The notes under the pieces are model-generated. The model did not search any database, was not told the origin of the DNA, and was given only the letters and a program-made list of their open reading frames with translations. DNA of 64,000 nt. Origin: Thermoanaerobaculia bacterium (GTDB lineage: Bacteria > Acidobacteriota > Thermoanaerobaculia > Multivoradales > Multivoraceae). This document shows, piece after piece, positions 58,506-64,000 of the stretch; the first letter of the stretch is position 1, and each line of letters starts with the position of its first letter. The position numbers were made by a program, and so were the translations under genes. The stretch lies in contig OY762911.1 in the NCBI GenBank assembly GCA_963666565.1, positions 2,976,001 to 3,040,000 on the forward strand, in the 5' to 3' direction.

Positions 58506-59545
58506 GCGGGGAAGCGCTCCAGGAGTTGCGCCGCGACGCCGGCGGCGATCGCGGCCGGCGCCTTGGACCGGATCCGCGGGCTTCCGATCGGACAGACGAG
58601 CGTGTCGGCCAGATCGTCTCGCAGACCGGCGTTCCGGAGTCTCTGCAGGAACCGGGCTCGCTTGCTCGCGGAACCGATGAGCCCGACGTAGGCGAAGCGC
58701 TCCGCCGCGAGCGCGGCATGGACGATCTCCAGATCGAGCGGATGGCTGTGGGTCATCACGACGACGGCGGCGTTCGATGGCGCCGCGATCAGCTCCGCCG
58801 CGGCGTTTCGGCTCTCGATCGTCCGGACGCGACCGGGCAGCACGGACGGGAACTGTCCGCGGCGCTCGTCGATCCAGGTGACGGCGAACGGCAGGGGGGC
58901 CAGCGCGAGGATGAGCGCCCGGCCGACGTGACCGGCGCCGAAGAGCCAGACTTCCGGCGGCCGCCCGCCGAACCGTTCGACGATCTCGACCTCGTCGCCG
59001 GAGGCCGCGGCGTGGCTTTGCCGCTCTTCGGGCACGGGCCGCCGGACGATCTCGACCGTCCGGCCGTTCTCCCGGGTCCCGGTCCGTCGCCGGCTGGCCG
59101 CGTCGCCGCTGCCATTCGCGCCCTTCCGTCGCTCGACCGGAATCCGGTCCACCGCGCGGCGGCCAATCCGGGCGCGCGTCAGGAACGGGCCGGCCTCCTC
59201 CCGCTCGGCGAGCGCCCGCACCGCGTCCGATTGCCCGCCGTCGAACACCTCGCAGAGAACGTCGACGCTGCCGCCGCAGCACTGGCTGAGTTCGGGGCCG
59301 AGCGAGTAGCGGTCGAGGGTCGCCGACCGCTCGTCCGCGTCAAGCGCCCTGCGGGCGGCGCCGAGAACCCGCCACTCGAGTTCGCCGCCGCCGATCGTCC
59401 CGGAGAAGCCCGCCTCGCCCGGTCCGACCACCATCCGCGCGCCGGCTTCCCGCGGCGCCGAGCCCCGCACCTCCGCCACGGTGACCAGGGCGCAGGCTCC
59501 GTGCGCGTCGAGAAGACGGGCGACTCGCGGCCAGACCTCGGCCAT
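58502..59545 (-). CDS. xdhC: Xanthine dehydrogenase accessory protein
   Basis: RGSAPREAGARM, GTIGGGELE, LGPELSQCCGG, FGAGHVG, MTHSHPLD and GLIGSASKR. Confidence 0.93.
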   Translation of the reverse strand: MAEVWPRVARLLDAHGACALVTVAEVRGSAPREAGARMVVGPGEAGFSGTIGGGELEWRVLGAARRALDADERSATLDRYSLGPELSQCCGGSVDVLCEVFDGGQSDAVRALAEREEAGPFLTRARIGRRAVDRIPVERRKGANGSGDAASRRRTGTRENGRTVEIVRRPVPEERQSHAAASGDEVEIVERFGGRPPEVWLFGAGHVGRALILALAPLPFAVTWIDERRGQFPSVLPGRVRTIESRNAAAELIAAPSNAAVVVMTHSHPLDLEIVHAALAAERFAYVGLIGSASKRARFLQRLRNAGLRDDLADTLVCPIGSPRIRSKAPAAIAAGVAAQLLERFPA

Positions 59546-59549
59546 GGAG

Positions 59550-61892
59550 TCAGCCGGCGGCCGCCGCCGGGACGGCGCGCGCGGGCGCGGGGTCGCGGCG
59601 GCGGATCGCGTCCGCGGCGCGCAGGATGGCTTCCGGCGTGGCCGGCGCGTCGAGCGGCGGCACCCGGCCGGGGGCCAGGCTGGCCACGGCGTGGACGATG
59701 GCCGAGAACACGGAGAGCGCCAGCATGAGGGGCGGTTCGCCGACCGCCTTCGAGCGGTGGATCGTGCGTTCGGGGTTCCGCCCCGGCTCGTAGATCTCGA
59801 CCCGGAAGTCGGCCGGGACGTCGGAGCAGGTGGGGATCTTGTAGGTCGACGGCGCGTGGGTCAGCAGGCGGCCGGACTGGTCGAACACGAGTTCTTCGTT
59901 CGTCAGCCAGCCCAGGCCCTGGACGAAACCGCCCTCGATCTGCCCCATGTCGATCGCAGGATTGAGCGATCGTCCGGCGTCGTGGAGGATGTCGACCCGG
60001 TCGAGCCGCATCTCGCCCGTCTCCGTGTCGACGGTGACCTCGCTGCAGGCGGCCCCGCAGGCGAAGTAGAGGAAGGGCCGTCCGCTTCGCTCGTCGCGGT
60101 TCCAGCCGATCTTCGGCGTCCGGAAGAAGCCGGTCGCCGAGAGGGAGACGCGTTCCGTGAAGGCGAGCGACGCGGCCTCCGCGAACGGCATCGTCTCGCC
60201 GTGCCGGGGTTCGCCGCTTGCGGGGCCCACCTCGCCGTTCTCGAAACGGATCCGGTCCGGCTCGACGCCGAAACGGCGGCCGGCGACCTTCGCGAGGCGC
60301 CGCCGGATCTTCCGGGCCGCGCGCTTCGCCGCCATGCCGTTCAGGTCCGAGCCGGAGGACGCGGCGGTGGCCGGCGTGTTCGGCACCTTGTCCGTTCGCG
60401 TCGCCGTGACCCGCACCCGGTCCATGCCGACTCCCAGTTCCTCGGCCACCACCTGCGCGACCTTGACGTAGAGCCCCTGGCCCATCTCGGTGCCGCCGTG
60501 GTTCACCTGGACCGAGCCGTCCGTGAAGACGTGGACCAGGGCGCCGGCCTGGTTCAGCGTCAGCAGCGTGTAGGCGATCCCGAACTTCACGGGCGTCAGG
60601 GCGATGCCCTTGCGCAGCGGGCCGCCCCGCGCGTTGAAGCGGGCCGCCTCTTCCCGCCGGGAGGCGTAGCCGCTGCTCGCTTCCAGGGCGCCGACGATGT
60701 CCGGAAGCACGTGCTCTTCGACGGTCTGGCCGTAGGGCGTCGTGTCGCGTCCCGGGCGGTAGAGGTTCCGCTTGCGGACGGCGAGCGGGTCGAGCCCCAG
60801 CCTGATGGCCGCTTCGTCCATCATCCGCTCGGCGACGATCATCCCCTGCGGCCCGCCGAAGCCGCGGAAGGCGGTGTTCGAGACGGTGTCCGTCCGCAGG
60901 CGGCGCGAACGGATCGCGGCGGCCGGGTAGTGGTAGGCGTTGTCCGCGTGAAACAGCGCCCGGTCGCAGACGCCCATCGACAGGTCGGCCGAACACCCGA
61001 CGCGGGCGGCCAGATCGATCTCGACGCCGGTCAGGACGCCGGAGGCGTCCACGCCGCAGCGGTAGTCCGCCCGGAAATCGTGGCGCTTGCCGGTCATCGC
61101 CATGTCGTCGTCGCGGTCGAGCCGGACCTTGGCGGGGCGGCCGACGGCGCGGGCGGCGAGGGCGGCGAGACAGGCCCACTGCGCCGCCTGGGACTCCTTG
61201 CCGCCGAACGCGCCGCCCATTCGCCGGCACTCGCAGACGACGGCCGCGTCCGGGATGTCGAGCATCGCGGCGACCAGCCCCTGCACCTCGGTCGGGTGCT
61301 GGGTGGAGGAGAAGACGCGGATCTCGTCGTCTTCGCCCGGCACGGCGAGCGCCGCCTGGCCCTCCAGGTAGAAGTGGTCCTGGCCGCCAATCCGCAGCCT
61401 TCCCTCCAGCCGGTGGGGCGCGGCCGCCACGGCGGAGGCGGCATCGCCCCGTTCGAAGCCGTAGGGTGGCTTCAGGTCGCTTCCGGCGGCGAGCGCGTCG
61501 TCCACGCCGACCCGCGGCGAACCGGACTCGACCTCGATGCGGGCCCGCTTCGCGGCCCGGCGGGCGATGTCCCTGGTCTCGGCCACGACCGCGAAGACGA
61601 CGTCGCCCGGGAAGCGGATCTCGCCTTCGGCCAGGATCGGGTCGTCCCCGGCGGCCGGGCTGCAGTCGTTCCGGCCCGGAATGTCGCCGGCTTCGAGAAC
61701 GGCGAGGACGCCGGGGAAGGAGCGCACGGCCGAGAGGTCCAGGGAGCGGATGAGGCCGCGGCCGGCGTTCGCCGCGCCGGGCGCCACGTGGACCGTGCCC
61801 GGCGGTTCCGGCAGATCGTCGACGTAGTTCGCGGTGCCCCGCGCGTGCCGCGCCGCGCTGTCGTGGGGCAGTGCCCGGCCGACGCTCTTCAC
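59550..61892 (-). CDS. xdhB: Xanthine dehydrogenase molybdopterin-binding subunit
   Basis: GTG 61892, then VGRALPHDSA, GGQDHFYLEGQ, SSTQHP, RRMGGAFGGKESQ, AFRGFGGPQG, HGGTEMGQGL and SKAVGEPP. Confidence 0.95.
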   Translation of the reverse strand: MKSVGRALPHDSAARHARGTANYVDDLPEPPGTVHVAPGAANAGRGLIRSLDLSAVRSFPGVLAVLEAGDIPGRNDCSPAAGDDPILAEGEIRFPGDVVFAVVAETRDIARRAAKRARIEVESGSPRVGVDDALAAGSDLKPPYGFERGDAASAVAAAPHRLEGRLRIGGQDHFYLEGQAALAVPGEDDEIRVFSSTQHPTEVQGLVAAMLDIPDAAVVCECRRMGGAFGGKESQAAQWACLAALAARAVGRPAKVRLDRDDDMAMTGKRHDFRADYRCGVDASGVLTGVEIDLAARVGCSADLSMGVCDRALFHADNAYHYPAAAIRSRRLRTDTVSNTAFRGFGGPQGMIVAERMMDEAAIRLGLDPLAVRKRNLYRPGRDTTPYGQTVEEHVLPDIVGALEASSGYASRREEAARFNARGGPLRKGIALTPVKFGIAYTLLTLNQAGALVHVFTDGSVQVNHGGTEMGQGLYVKVAQVVAEELGVGMDRVRVTATRTDKVPNTPATAASSGSDLNGMAAKRAARKIRRRLAKVAGRRFGVEPDRIRFENGEVGPASGEPRHGETMPFAEAASLAFTERVSLSATGFFRTPKIGWNRDERSGRPFLYFACGAACSEVTVDTETGEMRLDRVDILHDAGRSLNPAIDMGQIEGGFVQGLGWLTNEELVFDQSGRLLTHAPSTYKIPTCSDVPADFRVEIYEPGRNPERTIHRSKAVGEPPLMLALSVFSAIVHAVASLAPGRVPPLDAPATPEAILRAADAIRRRDPAPARAVPAAAAG

Positions 61893-63370
61893 GCCGCGGC
61901 CTCCCTGTGGCCCCGGACCCGCGTTTCGCCGCTGGCGCGCCCCGCGGTCTCGTCGAGAGCCTTCAGCACGAGGGCGCCTGCGACCCGCAGCCGGTAGCGG
62001 GCGCTGGCCCGGTGATCGTCGATCGGGGAGAAGTCCTGAGCGAGCGCGTCGCGCACGGACCGTTCCGCGGCGCGCGGGGTTCCTTCGCGCTCCAGGTTGA
62101 GCCCGGTCACCGCCTGCTCCGTCCGCGGCGAGCGCTTCGGCGTCGCCGCCATGCCGCCCCAGGCCATCGTCGCCGAAGCGATCCGGCCGCCCGCAAGCCC
62201 GAACCGGAAGGCGCCCAGGACGGAGGAGATGTCCTGGTCGTAGCGCTTCGAGATCTTGTAGCTCCTGAAACGCTCGTCCGGGCCGAGGCGCGGGATCCGG
62301 ATCCTGGTCAGGAGTTCGCCGGGCGCGCGGTTCTGGACTCCGTAGTCGATGAAGAAGTCCTCGATCGGCAGGGTGCGCCGACGAACGCCGAGGCGCAGTT
62401 CGATCGAGGCGCCGAGCGCGATCAGGACGGGGGGCATGTCGCCGATCGGCGAGCCGTTCGCGATGTTGCCGCCGACCGTGCCGACCGCCCGCACCTGCTT
62501 GGAGCCGAGGCGGCGGAGCACCTCGCCGACGTCCGGATCGATTCCGCCTAGCGCCGCCTCGGCCTCGGCGTAGGTGGCCGCCGCTCCGAGTTCCACGCGC
62601 TCGTCCTCTTCCCGCACGGCGCGGAGCGAAGGCACGCGCCCGGTGTGGATGATGCGGGGAAGGTCGCGCAGTTCCTTCGTGATCCACAGGCCGACGTCCG
62701 TGGCGCCCGCGACGATGACCGCGTCGGGATGGCGTGCGCAGAGTTCGGCGAGGCTGTCCTCGGAGGCGGGCGCCGCGAAGAACGCCTCGTCGCTGCCGGC
62801 GAAGAGGTCTTCGCCGTCGTCGAGTTCCTTCAGCAGGGCCGCGGCGCGGGCCGCGTTGCGGGCAAAGTCGTCGCGCGGCGGGCCGCCGCAGCAGGCGAGA
62901 GCGGCGTCGGCGATGGGGCGGTAGCCGGTGCAGCGGCAGAGGTTTCCGGCGAGCCAGTCGTTCACCGCGTCGCGGTTCGGGCTCTCGTTCGCGTGGTACA
63001 GGGCGAACAGGGTCATGACGAAGCCGGGCGTGCAGAACCCGCACTGGGAACCGTGGCAGTCGACGAGCGCCTGCTGGACGGGATGGAGATCGTCGGACGA
63101 CCGCGCCAGGTCCTCGACGGCGACGACTTCGGCGCCGTCCAGCGTGCCGAGGAGCTGGATGCAGCTGTTTGCCGGCTCGTAGACGATCCGCCCGTCGCGC
63201 AGCCGTCCGACGGCGACCGTGCAGGCGCCGCAGTCTCCCTCCGCGCAGCCCTCCTTGGTGCCCGTGGACCGCTCGCGGAGCCGCAGATGGTCGAGGAGCG
63301 TCTCGGTGGGGGCGAATCCGCCGAGGCTGACGACCCGGCCGCGACGGACGAAACGCACGGCGTCCCGCAT
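61889..63370 (-). CDS. xdhA: Xanthine dehydrogenase small (2Fe-2S/FAD) subunit
   Basis: GTKEGCAEGDCGAC, SQCGFCTPGF, GNLCRCTGY, AGATDVGL, GGNIANGSPIGD and KISKRYDQDIS. Confidence 0.95.
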   Translation of the reverse strand: MRDAVRFVRRGRVVSLGGFAPTETLLDHLRLRERSTGTKEGCAEGDCGACTVAVGRLRDGRIVYEPANSCIQLLGTLDGAEVVAVEDLARSSDDLHPVQQALVDCHGSQCGFCTPGFVMTLFALYHANESPNRDAVNDWLAGNLCRCTGYRPIADAALACCGGPPRDDFARNAARAAALLKELDDGEDLFAGSDEAFFAAPASEDSLAELCARHPDAVIVAGATDVGLWITKELRDLPRIIHTGRVPSLRAVREEDERVELGAAATYAEAEAALGGIDPDVGEVLRRLGSKQVRAVGTVGGNIANGSPIGDMPPVLIALGASIELRLGVRRRTLPIEDFFIDYGVQNRAPGELLTRIRIPRLGPDERFRSYKISKRYDQDISSVLGAFRFGLAGGRIASATMAWGGMAATPKRSPRTEQAVTGLNLEREGTPRAAERSVRDALAQDFSPIDDHRASARYRLRVAGALVLKALDETAGRASGETRVRGHREAAA

Positions 63371-63524
63371 CGGTGCAGCGTATCGGACGGCGGATCCGCC
63401 GCCGTCCGCCCCGCCGGCATTGGCCCTGGCCGCCGGCTCAACTGGCCGGCGACTCGCGGCGTCGCCCGTCAATGCGCCTGTCGGTGCGCCGGCCCTCTGG
63501 CCGCCATCCGGCCCGGCCTCCGGC

Positions 63525-64000
63525 TCAGCCGGCCGGCGACTTGTGGACCTGGCCGAGCCGCATGACGAAGCGGACGTCCTGAAGCCTCCTGACGTCCGCG
63601 ATCGGGTCGCCCTCGACCGCGATCAGGTCGGCCGCCTTGCCGGCCGCGATCGAGCCAGTCTCTTCCCAAATGTCGAGCAGCTTCGCGGTGACGACCGTGG
63701 CCGACTGGATCGCCGTCATCGGCGCCATGCCGCCTTCCACCATGTAGAGGAACTCCTGGGCGTTGCTGCCGTGGGGGCACACGCCGCAGTCGGTGCCGAA
63801 GGCGATCGGCACGCCCGCCCGATGGGCCTTGGCGAACGTGTCCTGGATCACCGGCCCGATGGCGGCCGCCTTGGGCCGGATGATCTCGGGGAAGTAGCCG
63901 GGGACCGCCGCCTTCTCGGCCACGAAGTTGCCTGCCGAGATGGTGGGCACGAAGTACGTCCCGTGCTCCTTCATCAGCTCGAAGGCCTCCTCGTCCATGT
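63525..64000 (-). CDS. Metal-dependent amidohydrolase (Xaa-Pro dipeptidase-like), 5'-partial
   Basis: [24 protein letters not shown] and [18 protein letters not shown]. Confidence 0.88.
   Translation of the reverse strand, partial: MDEEAFELMKEHGTYFVPTISAGNFVAEKAAVPGYFPEIIRPKAAAIGPVIQDTFAKAHRAGVPIAFGTDCGVCPHGSNAQEFLYMVEGGMAPMTAIQSATVVTAKLLDIWEETGSIAAGKAADLIAVEGDPIADVRRLQDVRFVMRLGQVHKSPAG

Overview
This is a very GC-rich bacterial chromosomal segment. Its gene content (acidobacterial-type VWA protein, PVC-type heme protein, DUF4159/MoxR/BatA operon, Fn3/PKD surface proteins) suggests Acidobacteriota, possibly a host-associated lineage; this assignment is an inference. From left to right it carries: a TPP-dependent enzyme; a Phe/Tyr-to-homogentisate module (aminotransferase-hppD-phhA) bracketed by two Lrp paralogs; a tandem array of three secreted Fn3/PKD proteins with mosaic, partly near-identical C-termini behind a near-consensus sigma70 promoter; a 718-aa unknown protein; amidase, coiled-coil, VOC and VWA genes; a peroxiredoxin split by the ORF track at an in-frame UGA in the catalytic position with a downstream SECIS-like hairpin (a probable secreted selenoprotein); a PVC-type c-heme lipoprotein; a PIG-L deacetylase; dnaE, comEC and miaA; a 16-kb, nine-gene DUF4159/vWA/caspase-like/TPR-metallopeptidase/MoxR/DUF58/BatA/coiled-coil operon; an acyl-CoA dehydrogenase pair; xdhABC plus an MBL hydrolase; and a partial amidohydrolase. 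A family of about 15 REP-like palindromes forms composite REPIN/BIME-like elements, and three of these appear to be translated inside proteins. No rRNA, tRNA, CRISPR array, transposase or reverse transcriptase was recognised. All family assignments come from motif recognition by eye, not from database searches.
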